From NCBI GenBank assembly GCA_947632605.1, contig CANRPX010000007.1, positions 4,882 through 68,881 on the forward strand: a stretch of DNA of 64,000 bases. Reading direction: 5' to 3'. The position numbers and the translations under genes are program-made. The DNA comes from an uncultured Clostridia bacterium (GTDB taxonomy: Bacteria > Bacillota > Clostridia > TANB77 > CAG-508). Below are positions 39,042 through 50,044 of this stretch, piece by piece. Each line of letters starts with the position of its first letter. The first letter of the stretch is position 1. The notes beneath the pieces are model-generated. The model was given only the letters and a program-made list of their open reading frames with translations, made no database searches and was not told the origin of the DNA.

Positions 39042-40805
39042 ATGGTAAACGAATATAAAACTAATAATTGTGGGGAACTTAGAATATCAGATGTAGGTAA
39101 AGAAGTTAGATTAGCAGGATTTGTGCAAACAATAAGAAATCTTGGAAAGATGATGTTTATAGATTTAAGAGATCAAAATGGTATTACTCAAATAGTAATA
39201 TCAGAAGATGCTAATTTAGATAATATAAAAGATGTAACTAAAGAATGCACAATTTCAGTTACAGGCGAAGTTGTAGAAAGAACTAGTAAAAATGATAAAA
39301 TTCCAACAGGAGATATTGAAGTTATTGCAAAAAAATTAACAGTTCTTGGAAAATGTAGAAATTCATTACCTTTTGAAATAAATGTAGAAGGACAAAATGT
39401 TAGAGAAGATTTAAGATTAGAATATAGATTTTTAGATTTAAGAAATGAAAAAATACATAAAAATATATTATTGCGTTCAAAAATTTTGAAAGATTTTAGA
39501 ACTGCTATGGATGAATTAGGATTTACAGAAATCCAAACACCAATTTTAGCAAATTCTTCTCCAGAAGGAGCTAGAGATTTTTTAGTACCAAGCAGATTAC
39601 ATCCAGGAGAATTTTATGCTCTTCCACAGGCACCACAACAATTTAAACAATTATTGATGGTATCAGGATTTGAAAAATATTATCAAATAGCACCATGTTT
39701 TAGAGATGAAGATCCAAGAGCAGATAGATCTCCAGGAGAATTCTATCAATTAGATTTTGAAATGAGTTTTGCGACTCAAGAAGATGTTTTTAATGTGTTA
39801 GAAACAGTTCTTCCAAAAGTATTTAAACAAAATACAGATTGGAAAGTAGATGAAGGACCTTTTTTAAGAATTCCTTATAAAGAAGCTATGGAAAAATATG
39901 GTACAGATAAACCAGATTTAAGAAATCCACTTGTAATTTGTGATTTAACAGAAGAATTTAAAGGCACAGAATTTAATGCATTTAAAGATAAAACAATTAA
40001 AGCAATAGTTACAGAAAATATGTCTGAAAAGCCTAGAAAATTCTTTGATTCTATGTCTGAATATGCTGTAAACGAACTTGAAGCAAAAGGACTAGCTTGG
40101 GTAAAAGTAGATAATGATGGAAATCTAAATGGCGGAATTAGCAAATTCATAGATGATGAAAGAAAAGAAAAAATATTTAAGAAAATGAATGTAAAACCAA
40201 ATTCAGCAATATTCTTTATAGCTGATGAATATAATAAAGCAGTAAAAATTGCTGGAGATGTTAGAATTAAATTAGGATTAGAATTAGACTTATTAGAAAA
40301 AAATTCATACAGATTTTGCTTCATTGTTGATTTTCCAATGTATGAATTATCAGATGAAGGAACAATAGATTTTAATCATAATCCATTTTCTATGCCACAA
40401 GGTGGCCTAGAAGCATTAGAAAATAAAGACCCATTAGATGTTTATGCATATCAATATGATACTGTATGTAATGGTTATGAAATTTCTTCTGGTGCTGTTA
40501 GAAATCATGATCAAGATATAATGATTAAAGCTTTTGAAATAGCAGGATATACAGTAGAAGATGTAAAAGGAAGATTTGGAGCATTATTTAATGCATTTAG
40601 TTATGGAACACCACCACATGCTGGTGCTGCTCCAGGAATAGATAGAATAATAATGCTTTTAGCAAAAGAAGATAACATAAGAGAAGTAATAGCTTTTCCA
40701 AAGAATAAAAAAGCTAGAGATTTACTTATGAATGCGCCTTCTAAGGTATTTGATAAACAATTAGAAGAAGTACATATAAAATTAGATTTAGAGCAAAATA
40801 AATAA
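39042..40805 (+). CDS. aspS: Aspartate--tRNA ligase
   Basis: The N-terminal OB domain reads GKEVRLAGFVQTIRNLGKMMFIDLRDQNG. Class II motifs FRDED and GGISKFID/GAAPGIDR are present. 587 aa (bacterial type). Confidence 0.9.
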   Translation: MVNEYKTNNCGELRISDVGKEVRLAGFVQTIRNLGKMMFIDLRDQNGITQIVISEDANLDNIKDVTKECTISVTGEVVERTSKNDKIPTGDIEVIAKKLTVLGKCRNSLPFEINVEGQNVREDLRLEYRFLDLRNEKIHKNILLRSKILKDFRTAMDELGFTEIQTPILANSSPEGARDFLVPSRLHPGEFYALPQAPQQFKQLLMVSGFEKYYQIAPCFRDEDPRADRSPGEFYQLDFEMSFATQEDVFNVLETVLPKVFKQNTDWKVDEGPFLRIPYKEAMEKYGTDKPDLRNPLVICDLTEEFKGTEFNAFKDKTIKAIVTENMSEKPRKFFDSMSEYAVNELEAKGLAWVKVDNDGNLNGGISKFIDDERKEKIFKKMNVKPNSAIFFIADEYNKAVKIAGDVRIKLGLELDLLEKNSYRFCFIVDFPMYELSDEGTIDFNHNPFSMPQGGLEALENKDPLDVYAYQYDTVCNGYEISSGAVRNHDQDIMIKAFEIAGYTVEDVKGRFGALFNAFSYGTPPHAGAAPGIDRIIMLLAKEDNIREVIAFPKNKKARDLLMNAPSKVFDKQLEEVHIKLDLEQNK

Positions 40806-40837
40806 TACTAATGTAAAAAATAAAGGAATTTTATAAT

Positions 40838-42211
40838 ATGAAAATTGTAAAAAAAGTATTTATATTTATTTTAATAATGTTTGTCTTTTCAATAAATAAA
40901 GCATTTGCATCTACTGGAATAGTAAATACAGATGCAGTTAGACTTAGAGAAAAGCCATCTACTGATTCTAATATTATTACTAATATTTATCAAAATGAAG
41001 AAATTGAAATATTAGAAACAGAAAATGATTGGTTAAAAGTTAAATATGGTGAAAATACAGGATATGTAAAAAAAGAATATATTAAAGAAAAACAAGTTTC
41101 ACAAAATAATAATACTAATACTAATGTACAAAATACTCAAACAAATAATTCAACATCTACTAATACTAGCAATACAGTAGAAAATGTATCTACCAATACA
41201 ACAAATACAACTAATACTACTAGTAATACAAACACAACAAGTAATAACACTCAAAATCAAGAAAGTCTTGTTTATGTTATAACATCAGAAACTTATGCTA
41301 GATTTATTCCTAATATGGCATCATATAAGATTTTAAAACTTGAAAAAGATACAGAAATAACAAAAATTGTAGAGATTAATAATTGGGTTAAAATAAATTT
41401 AGAAAATAATACAGAAGCTTGGGTACCATCAGCTAAAATAACTACAAAAAATAAAGAAGAGAGCAAACCAGTAGAACAACCAAAAGAAGAGCCAAAAAAA
41501 GAAAATGAGACATCTAGCAAGGAATCTGATGTTGGAAAAACTGGAAAAATAAATGTTGAAACAGCAATAGTAAGAGAACGTGCAGATAAATCTTCTGAAG
41601 AAATAAATACATTAGATTATGATGATGTAGTTAATATTGTAGGAGAAGAAGGAGATTGGTATTTAGTAACAAGTGGAGATATTAAAGGATATGTTAATAA
41701 AAGATTAATTACAATAAATGTTTCTTCTAGAAGTTTATCAGAAGAAAGAACTAATGTAGATGAAACAGTAATATCTACTGAACAAAACAATAATTTAACA
41801 CAAACATTATCTACTACTACGAGTAATGCAAATAAAGGAATAGAAATTGCTGATTTTGCAAAGAAATATTTAGGATTGCCTTATGTTTCAGGTGGAAAAA
41901 ATCCATCAAGTGGTTTTGATTGTTCAGGATTTACACAATATGTTTATGGAAATTTTGGATATTCTTTAGGAAATACTGCTGCAGATCAAAATTCATTGGG
42001 TTCAGATGTATCAATAGATAATTTAAATCCAGGAGATTTAATACTTTTTTATGATGAAGGAAAAACAAAAATAGGTCATACAGGAATTTATGTTGGTGAT
42101 GGCAATTTTGTTCATGCAGCAAATGCAAATAGAGGTGTTGTTATAGATAATTTAACAACAAGTACATATTATAATACAAGATTTGTTAATGCAAAAAGAT
42201 TGAGCGAATAA
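40838..42211 (+). CDS. NlpC/P60 family cell-wall hydrolase with N-terminal SH3b domains
   Basis: Signal peptide. SH3-like blocks (GIVNTDAVRLREKPSTDS, GKINVETAIVRERADKSS). The C-terminus has the catalytic Cys (GFDCSGFTQYVY) and His (GHTGIYVG). Confidence 0.8.
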   Translation: MKIVKKVFIFILIMFVFSINKAFASTGIVNTDAVRLREKPSTDSNIITNIYQNEEIEILETENDWLKVKYGENTGYVKKEYIKEKQVSQNNNTNTNVQNTQTNNSTSTNTSNTVENVSTNTTNTTNTTSNTNTTSNNTQNQESLVYVITSETYARFIPNMASYKILKLEKDTEITKIVEINNWVKINLENNTEAWVPSAKITTKNKEESKPVEQPKEEPKKENETSSKESDVGKTGKINVETAIVRERADKSSEEINTLDYDDVVNIVGEEGDWYLVTSGDIKGYVNKRLITINVSSRSLSEERTNVDETVISTEQNNNLTQTLSTTTSNANKGIEIADFAKKYLGLPYVSGGKNPSSGFDCSGFTQYVYGNFGYSLGNTAADQNSLGSDVSIDNLNPGDLILFYDEGKTKIGHTGIYVGDGNFVHAANANRGVVIDNLTTSTYYNTRFVNAKRLSE

Positions 42212-42270
42212 TGGGCATTTTTTGAAAGGAGCTTATTATAAAAAGTAAAATTTTAATAATTATTTGTATA

Positions 42271-44511
42271 TTGGGGCTATGTTATAACATAGCCTTTATT
42301 TTTTTATATGAAAGAATTTATTTAGAAGAGACAAAAATAAATGGAACTTTTGAAATTATAGATGTTAATTATAAAGATAAGTCTTTTAAATATGTTATGA
42401 AAACAATTGAAAATAAAGAAATAAAACATTCAAAAAATACAAAATTAATCACATATACTAATACAAAATTAAATATTGGCGATATAGTTAGAATATCAGG
42501 AAATTTTAAGAAAGCAGATGTTTCAAGAAATTATAAAGGATTTAATTATAGAAATTATTTAAAGAGTAAAAAAATTTATGGAATTGTAGATTTAGAAAAA
42601 GTAGAAATAATTGATAAAAAGATAGATTTTGATGCTGTTTTAGGAAATATTAGTAATCATTTAAATTTAAAAATAAAATCTTTATATGGTGATAATGAAT
42701 ATAGTAATTTTTTAAATAGTATTTTGCTAGGAAAAACAGATGATTTAGATGAAAATATAATAGAAAATTTTAGAGATGTAAATATTTCACATATTCTAGC
42801 AATATCAGGATTGCATATTTCTTATATTGTTATTGGACTAAAATTTGTTTTAAATAAAATAATAAAAAATGTAAAAATGCAAAATATTTTATTAGTATTA
42901 ATGTTATTTTTCTTTTGTGCTTTAACAGGATTTTCTGTTTCTTGTATGAGAGCTAGTATAATGAATAGCTTGATTTTAATTAGTTTTAACTTAAATAAAA
43001 AGAATAATTTTTATAAAAGTTTTTTTATTTCATTTATAATTTTAATTCTTTTAAATCCATTCAATATTTATAATGTAGGAATGTGGCTTTCTTTTTTATC
43101 AACATTAAGTATAGTTTTATTTTATAAATTACTTTATAGAATCTTTGAAAAATATTTAAAGAAAGTAAAACACAGAGATATGTATTTAAAGATTTTAAAA
43201 GTCGTTTTAATCTCAGTATCTGCACAAATTCTAATATTTCCAATTAGTATATATGAGTTTAATCTTATTAGTTTAAGTTTTATTATTTCAAATTTTTTAG
43301 TTTCATTCATAATAGGTCCAATTTTAATTTTAGGATATATCACTCTTTTTTTATCTTATATAAAAAATCCTTTTAATAAATTTCTTATTTATATAGAAAA
43401 AATATTAATTGATATAATTTTGAAAATATCTGAAGTTTTAAGTAAAATTCCTTTTTCAAAATTTTATGTTAAAACCCCATATTTTATTAGTATTGTAGGA
43501 TTTTATATATTTGTATTTGTTATTATTCTCTTATTTAAAAAAAGAAAATATAGTATTTTAAAAATGATTTTATCTATAAAATATTTTAAAAAAGTAGTAA
43601 GAAAATATTATCAAAGATATATAAAAATAATCATTATCATAATAATAATTTTAATAATGATTTTTAAAATCAATATTATAAAAATTAATGATTTAGAATT
43701 ACATTTTATAGATGTTGGACAGGGAGATTCTACACTTATAATTACTCCTGGAAAGAAAAATATACTTATAGATGGTGGAGAAGGAAATTCAGATAAATAT
43801 GATTATGGAAAAAATGTTCTTTTGCCATATTTATTAGATAGAAGAATAACCAAAATTGATTATTTAATAATATCTCATGCAGATAGTGATCATATAGGTG
43901 GAACTTTTGCAATTTTAGAAAATTTAAAAGTAGAAAATATTTTATTGGGAATCCAATCAGAAAGCTCAAAACAATTAGAAGATTTATTAAATATTGCTCA
44001 AAATAAAAAAATAAAAATCAATGTTTTAAATGCAGGAGATAAACTAAAAATAGAAAAAGATATTTTTATAGATGTTTTATGGCCATCAAAAAATAAAATT
44101 ATATCAGAAAATTCATTGAATAATAATTCTTTAGTATTTAAATTTAATTTTAAAAGTGTTTCTGCTTTGTTTACAGGAGATATAGAAGAAACAGCTGAAA
44201 ATGAAATTTTAAAATATTATGCTAATAATTTAAATTGTTTAGAAGCAGATATTTTAAAAGTAGCACATCATGGGTCTAAGACATCTTCAACAGAAGAATT
44301 CTTAAAAGCAACGAATTCTCAAATAGCATTAATTGGCGTTGGAAAAAATAATAATTTTGGTCATCCAAATGATGAAGTACTTGAAAGATTAGAAAACTTT
44401 AAAATTAAAATTTTTAGAACAGATGAGATGGGAGAAATAATTATTAAAATAAATTATAAAGAAAAAATGAATATAATTTTGCCTTTTTTACATAATAGAA
44501 ATAGGTGGTAA
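42271..44511 (+). CDS. comEC: DNA internalisation competence protein ComEC/Rec2 (start uncertain)
   Basis: Polytopic competence domain plus a C-terminal metallo-beta-lactamase domain (HFIDVGQGDSTLI, SHADSDHIGG, KVAHHGS). Confidence 0.8.
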   Translation: MGLCYNIAFIFLYERIYLEETKINGTFEIIDVNYKDKSFKYVMKTIENKEIKHSKNTKLITYTNTKLNIGDIVRISGNFKKADVSRNYKGFNYRNYLKSKKIYGIVDLEKVEIIDKKIDFDAVLGNISNHLNLKIKSLYGDNEYSNFLNSILLGKTDDLDENIIENFRDVNISHILAISGLHISYIVIGLKFVLNKIIKNVKMQNILLVLMLFFFCALTGFSVSCMRASIMNSLILISFNLNKKNNFYKSFFISFIILILLNPFNIYNVGMWLSFLSTLSIVLFYKLLYRIFEKYLKKVKHRDMYLKILKVVLISVSAQILIFPISIYEFNLISLSFIISNFLVSFIIGPILILGYITLFLSYIKNPFNKFLIYIEKILIDIILKISEVLSKIPFSKFYVKTPYFISIVGFYIFVFVIILLFKKRKYSILKMILSIKYFKKVVRKYYQRYIKIIIIIIIILIMIFKINIIKINDLELHFIDVGQGDSTLIITPGKKNILIDGGEGNSDKYDYGKNVLLPYLLDRRITKIDYLIISHADSDHIGGTFAILENLKVENILLGIQSESSKQLEDLLNIAQNKKIKINVLNAGDKLKIEKDIFIDVLWPSKNKIISENSLNNNSLVFKFNFKSVSALFTGDIEETAENEILKYYANNLNCLEADILKVAHHGSKTSSTEEFLKATNSQIALIGVGKNNNFGHPNDEVLERLENFKIKIFRTDEMGEIIIKINYKEKMNIILPFLHNRNRW

Positions 44512-45071
44512 AAATGAAAAAAATTTTCCTTTATAGTATATTAATTTTTATTTTTTCAATTGGAACAGGGTATTTTTATGGTAGTTTATGGAAAAAAGAA
44601 AATGTAAGTGATGTAAGTGTTAATGAGGCTAATTCATTAAATATTGTTAAAGAGACAGCAGGAGTAACTGAAGAGAAAGTTGCTTATAATGCAAGTTTTG
44701 CATTGAAAAAATATTATGATAAATGTGGTCATTTTAAATTTAATTATTCAGAATTACCAATAGAAATAGTAAACTTAAGTAAATCAGAATTACAGAATAT
44801 GTATCCAGATTGGAAAATAGAAGAGTTTACTAGTAACAATATTGTTCTCTCAAAGAAAATAAAAGATTATTGTGAAGATCACTATGTATTAAAATTAGAT
44901 AATGAAAATGTAGATGTGTTTCATATTGCAAATAATGAAGAATTAGAATTTTTTAAAAGTACAGATATAAGTACAGAGTATTTAACAAGTGATGATATAA
45001 ATAATTTGCAAAAAGGAATATATGTTTATGGAATTTCAAATTTAAATTCAGCAATAGAAGATTTTGAATAA
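44505..45071 (+). CDS. Hypothetical membrane-anchored protein (188 aa)
   Basis: An ORF overlapping the comEC stop. N-terminal TM. No recognisable family. Confidence 0.35.
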   Translation: MVKMKKIFLYSILIFIFSIGTGYFYGSLWKKENVSDVSVNEANSLNIVKETAGVTEEKVAYNASFALKKYYDKCGHFKFNYSELPIEIVNLSKSELQNMYPDWKIEEFTSNNIVLSKKIKDYCEDHYVLKLDNENVDVFHIANNEELEFFKSTDISTEYLTSDDINNLQKGIYVYGISNLNSAIEDFE

Positions 45072-45074
45072 AAA

Positions 45075-45122
45075 AACTAACAACTTAAAAAGTTAAAACA
45101 TTTTTAAGTTGCTAGTTTTTTA
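45075..45122. terminator. Bidirectional intrinsic terminator between convergent genes
   Basis: CTAACAACTTAAAAA-GTTAAAACA-TTTTTAAGTTGCTAG with T-runs on both sides. Confidence 0.6.
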
Positions 45123-45128
45123 TTTTTA

Positions 45129-47462
45129 TTATACTTTGAATTTTAAGTTTTCGCCATCCATATATCCATAAACGGTTTGACCAGATATTACTTCTTCTCT
45201 TAATATCATTTCAGCGATTTCATCTTCAACAAGCTTTTGAATTGATCTTCTAAGTGGCCTTGCACCATATTTTAAATCAGTTCCTTTTTTAGCTATAAAT
45301 GCTTTAGCATCTTGACTTAATTCTAATTTTATTTCTTTGCTATTTAAAGCTTCTTGAGTTTTTTCAAGTAATAAATCTACAATTTGTAATAACTCATTTT
45401 CTGTTAAAGAATTAAATACTATTATTTCATCAACTCTATTTAAAAATTCTGGTCTGAATACATCTTTTAAGGCACCTAAAATTTTATCTTTGTTCATTAT
45501 TGCTTGATTTCCAAAACCTATAGAATTATTATTTAAGTTTGAACCTGCATTAGATGTCATAATAATTATTGTGTTTTCAAAACTAACAGTATTTCCTTGA
45601 GCATCTGTAAGTTTTCCATCATCTAAAACTTGAAGTAATATGTTAAATACATCACTATGTGCTTTTTCAATTTCATCAAAAAGAATAATTGAATATGGTC
45701 TTCTTTTAACTTTTTCTGTTAATTGTCCTGCATCATCATATCCAACATAACCTGGAGGAGATCCAATTAATTTAGATGTTGAATGACTTTCCATATATTC
45801 AGACATATCAATTCTTATAATGCTATCTTCACTACCAAACATTTCATAAGCTAAAGCCTTAGCAAGTTCTGTTTTACCAACTCCAGTAGGCCCAACAAAT
45901 ATAAATGATGGTGGACGTTTTGTGCTTTGAAGACCAGCACGATTTCTTCTAATTGCTTTTGCAACAGCACTTACAGCTTCATCTTGTGAAATAACATGTT
46001 TATGAAGATTTTTTTCAAGATTTAATAATTTTTCTGTTTCAGCTTCTGTAATTTTTGTAACTGGAATTTTTGTCCAACGTTCAATTACATCTGCGATATC
46101 TTGAACAGTAAGTACAGCTGGTTTTAATTCTTTTTCTATTTTCTGCATACGTTCTGTAAGATTACATTCTTTTGTTTTTAAATCTGCAGCTTTTTGATAT
46201 TCCTCAATAGAATCTGAAGAAACAGCTTCTTCTTTTTCTTCAGCAACTTTTTTAAGCTCATTTTTTATTAATTCAAGTTCAAATAAAGCTTTATTTTTTA
46301 AGTTTATTTTTGAACAAGCTTCATCTATTAAATCTATTGCTTTATCTGGTAAAAATCTGTCATGAATGTATTTTTCAGACATTTTAACAGTTTTTTCAAT
46401 TATATCTGGTGTAATTACTACTTTGTGATAATCTTCATAATATTTTTTTATACCATTTATAATTTCAATAGTATCATCAATAGAAGGCTCTTCAACAATA
46501 ATAGGTTGAAATCTTCTTTCTAATGCAGAATCTTTTTCAATATATTTTCTGTATTCTTTTAAAGTAGTAGTACCAATTAATTGAATTTCACCATTAGATA
46601 ATGAAGGTTTTAAAATATTAGCAGCATTCATAGAATGTTCTGCATCTCCAGCACCAATTATGTTATGAATTTCATCTATAACTAAAATAATATTTCCATA
46701 AGTTTTACATTCATCAACAAGAGATTTCATTCTAGCTTCAAATTGACCTCTAAATTGAGTTCCTGCGATTACTGCTGTCATATCTATTAAATAAACTTCT
46801 TTGTTTAATAATTTTGCTGGAACTTCTTGACGAGCAATTTTAATTGCTAATCCTTGAGCAATGGCTGTTTTACCAACACCTGGTTCTCCTATTAAGCAAG
46901 GATTATTTTTAGAACGTCTATTTAATATTTGAGTCATTCTTTCAATTTCATGTTCTCTACCAATTACTTCATCTAATTCGCCATTTTTAGCTTTTTCTGT
47001 AAGATTTGTTCCAAAAGTATCTAAAAATTTCTTTTTATTATTTTTTGGTTTCTTTTGAACTTTTACAGTTTTAGAATTATTTGAATGACTTGATTCAGAC
47101 TTATTTTGAGCATCATCATCTTCATTATTATTTACTGCTTTAAAAATTCCAAATATATTTTTAATTGGATTTGCATTTCCATCATCTTCCATATTTTCTA
47201 TATCTTCAGAATTTATCCCTAAAGCTTCTAAATTCATGTTTTCTGAAAAGTCTTTTAATATATTTTCAAACTGATTTGACATGTCTTCGATTTCTTCATT
47301 TGATATATTAGCATTTTTTGCTAATACTTCAAGTGGGTTAATTCCTTTTTCTTTAGCACAATTATAACAAAGACCTTCAACAGTTTTTTTACCATTTTCA
47401 ATTTTATTTAAAAATACAACTGCTGTATTTTTATTACATACTGAACATATCATTAAACTCAT
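45129..47462 (-). CDS. clpE: Clp/Hsp100 ATPase, ClpE-like (N-terminal zinc ribbon + two AAA+ domains)
   Basis: The N-terminus reads CSVCNKNTAV ... CYNCAKE. Walker A motifs GEPGVGKTAIAQGLA and GPTGVGKTELAKALA are present. There are a coiled-coil middle domain and a ClpP-docking-like loop. 777 aa. Confidence 0.75.
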   Translation of the reverse strand: MSLMICSVCNKNTAVVFLNKIENGKKTVEGLCYNCAKEKGINPLEVLAKNANISNEEIEDMSNQFENILKDFSENMNLEALGINSEDIENMEDDGNANPIKNIFGIFKAVNNNEDDDAQNKSESSHSNNSKTVKVQKKPKNNKKKFLDTFGTNLTEKAKNGELDEVIGREHEIERMTQILNRRSKNNPCLIGEPGVGKTAIAQGLAIKIARQEVPAKLLNKEVYLIDMTAVIAGTQFRGQFEARMKSLVDECKTYGNIILVIDEIHNIIGAGDAEHSMNAANILKPSLSNGEIQLIGTTTLKEYRKYIEKDSALERRFQPIIVEEPSIDDTIEIINGIKKYYEDYHKVVITPDIIEKTVKMSEKYIHDRFLPDKAIDLIDEACSKINLKNKALFELELIKNELKKVAEEKEEAVSSDSIEEYQKAADLKTKECNLTERMQKIEKELKPAVLTVQDIADVIERWTKIPVTKITEAETEKLLNLEKNLHKHVISQDEAVSAVAKAIRRNRAGLQSTKRPPSFIFVGPTGVGKTELAKALAYEMFGSEDSIIRIDMSEYMESHSTSKLIGSPPGYVGYDDAGQLTEKVKRRPYSIILFDEIEKAHSDVFNILLQVLDDGKLTDAQGNTVSFENTIIIMTSNAGSNLNNNSIGFGNQAIMNKDKILGALKDVFRPEFLNRVDEIIVFNSLTENELLQIVDLLLEKTQEALNSKEIKLELSQDAKAFIAKKGTDLKYGARPLRRSIQKLVEDEIAEMILREEVISGQTVYGYMDGENLKFKV

Positions 47463-47685
47463 TCTCCTTGGTTAAAAAATGTTAACTTTTATATCTAAAA
47501 TTAGATATTCTATAAAGATAATAATACAATATTTTTAATTTATAGTCAATGGATTTTTATTGAAAAATCCAAATAAAAAAGAAAAAAATAGCAAACAATA
47601 TGTGTGAGTGCTATTTTAAAAAACGCATTGATATTTTAAAATATAAATGTTATAATAAATTCAGATTTTTATAAAGGAGATTCAA

Positions 47686-48558
47686 ATGAAGAGAGCCGTA
47701 AGAGTATTTTTTGATTCGTTACATGGTGCAAAAAAATATTTGTTTTTTATTGGAATAATATTAATTTGTATAGTTGCATTATGTTTGGGCATATATGCAC
47801 AATTTTTTTATAAATATTCTGATACAGATGCATTAATGATTGGAATTAATATTGGAAGTCAAAAAAATGCTGAAGAAATAGATGCATTAAAATCTAATTT
47901 TAATAGTTTATTTACTAATTCTATTGTTGGAGAAAACGTAAATGATGGAATTGAAAGATTAAGACCAGAAAATGATGATTTAGTTTTTACAACTTATGAT
48001 TTAGTTAATGAAGATGAAAACTATTTTAGTGTAAATGCACAAATTCCATTATTAAATGTTAATACAAAAAAAGCAAAAGAAATTAATGCAGATATAAAAA
48101 GTGAATTTTATGACACAGCAAATAGCATAATGAGAAGAACTGAAGGTACAACAGTTTATACCGTTTCTTATGCTGCTTTCGTAAATAAGGATGTAATATC
48201 AATAGCAATAAAATCTTCTTTAAAAGAAGAAGGAAAATCTGAAAAACTTATTGTAAGAACATATAATTATTGTATTTCTGAAGAAAGATTATTATCATTA
48301 ACAGATTTAATAAACTTAAAAGAAACAACAGTAGATAAAGTACAAAATACAATAAATGATGATATAAAGAAGGCATATAATAATGCAAGAATTATAGCAG
48401 AAGAGTTTGGAAATCTTTATGAAAGAGATTTATCTAGTGAAATGTATAAAGTAGAAAGTACAACAACATTCTTTTTAACAGATGAGGGATATGTATATGT
48501 TGTATATGCTTATGGAAATAATGATTATACAAATGAAATGGATGTTGTAATTTTCTAA
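47686..48558 (+). CDS. Hypothetical membrane-anchored protein (290 aa)
   Basis: RBS AAGGAGA, N-terminal TM. No motif recognised. Confidence 0.4.
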   Translation: MKRAVRVFFDSLHGAKKYLFFIGIILICIVALCLGIYAQFFYKYSDTDALMIGINIGSQKNAEEIDALKSNFNSLFTNSIVGENVNDGIERLRPENDDLVFTTYDLVNEDENYFSVNAQIPLLNVNTKKAKEINADIKSEFYDTANSIMRRTEGTTVYTVSYAAFVNKDVISIAIKSSLKEEGKSEKLIVRTYNYCISEERLLSLTDLINLKETTVDKVQNTINDDIKKAYNNARIIAEEFGNLYERDLSSEMYKVESTTTFFLTDEGYVYVVYAYGNNDYTNEMDVVIF

Positions 48559-48572
48559 TAGGGGGAATAAAA

Positions 48573-49832
48573 TTGAAAAAAACAAAAGTATTATTAGTTA
48601 TATTTTTATTAATAATAAGCTGTTTTTCTACATTAGTATTTGCAACAGAAAATGCAGGGGTGCCTACTGAAAGTCAAGCAGCAACAGAAGCAGCACTTGA
48701 TGCAGCTGAAGCAGAAAATACAGCAGATTCTGAATTAAAAGAAAAATCACAAAATCAAGTTTATACTTATGGTAGAATAATAGAAACAGGAGAAGTAAAA
48801 GATGTTACAACTGGAACTGTTAAAGATAGAGTTCAATCAGTTGTAGTAGAAATCACAGAAGGAGATTATATTGGAGAAGAATTTTCTACTGATTATGTCT
48901 TAACTTATGATATAGAAGGAAAAATACTAGCTTATGAATTAGATGTAGGAGATAAAGTTTCAGTACAAATAACCGAAGATGATGAAGGAAAAGCGACAGC
49001 AACTGTTTTAGATGTTGTTAGAGCACCATACTTATTTGGATTATTTGGTTTGTTTTTACTAAGTATTTTGTTAGTAGGTGGCAAAAAAGGAATTAAAGCT
49101 ATATTAGGCTTATTACTTACAATATTTTTAATTTATTTTATTATGATAAGAGGTATTTTTAATGGTGCAGAAGCAATTAGAACTGCAATTATAACAGCAG
49201 CATTAATAATAGTTGGAACATTTATTATAATAGGAAATGGAATTAATAAAAAAATATTAACAGCAGCTTTAGGAACATTAGGTGGAGTTTTATCTGCTGG
49301 AGTTATATCTTTAATATTTAATAACATGGCTAAAATGACAGGTGCTTGTGAAGATGCAATTCAATTAAGTATTAATATGACAACAATGAATTTTAACTTT
49401 AGAGATTTATTATTTGCAGGTATTATAGTATCAGCATTAGGTGCATGTATGGATGTTGGTATGTCAATAGCTTCTAGCTTAGATGAAATCAAAAAGAAAA
49501 ATCCAGAAATAACATGGAAAGAACTATTTAAAAGTGGAATGAATATAGGTAGAGATGTTATTGGAACTATGACAAATACTTTAATTTTAGCTTATGTAGG
49601 TGGATCATTAACATTAATTCTATTATTTATGGCATGTGAAATGGATATATATGAAATATTTAATAAAGAAACAATAGCAGAACAAATAATTCCTGCTATT
49701 GCTGGAAGTATAGGAGTAGTATTTACTGTTCCAATTACTTCATTAATATATTCAGTTTTAAATAAAGATAAAGTTGTATATGAAAAAACTGCTAAAAATA
49801 AAATAGATGGAAAAAGAAGTTTAAAAATTTAA
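48573..49832 (+). CDS. Polytopic membrane protein, YibE/F-like (putative)
   Basis: Signal peptide, an extracellular domain of about 130 aa, then about 8 TM helices. Confidence 0.4.
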   Translation: MKKTKVLLVIFLLIISCFSTLVFATENAGVPTESQAATEAALDAAEAENTADSELKEKSQNQVYTYGRIIETGEVKDVTTGTVKDRVQSVVVEITEGDYIGEEFSTDYVLTYDIEGKILAYELDVGDKVSVQITEDDEGKATATVLDVVRAPYLFGLFGLFLLSILLVGGKKGIKAILGLLLTIFLIYFIMIRGIFNGAEAIRTAIITAALIIVGTFIIIGNGINKKILTAALGTLGGVLSAGVISLIFNNMAKMTGACEDAIQLSINMTTMNFNFRDLLFAGIIVSALGACMDVGMSIASSLDEIKKKNPEITWKELFKSGMNIGRDVIGTMTNTLILAYVGGSLTLILLFMACEMDIYEIFNKETIAEQIIPAIAGSIGVVFTVPITSLIYSVLNKDKVVYEKTAKNKIDGKRSLKI

Positions 49833-50044
49833 GAAATCTTAAGTATAAATAGATATAAAAAGAATACAAATTAATGTATTCTTTTTTTTTTCATTATGAT
49901 AACAAAAGGTAAAAAACACTTAGGGAAATAATAAAAAAATATTGATAATAAAATTTAACTTTGATATAATGAGAGCGAAAAATATGTAGGTTATACAAAT
50001 AAAAATTTTACCAATTTATTAAATTATTAGGGGAGGAAAATGCT

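Noticed and set aside
47463-47685. CtsR operator (GGTCAAA direct repeat) upstream of clpE
   Set aside because: No convincing heptad repeat was found by eye. It may exist but cannot be supported.
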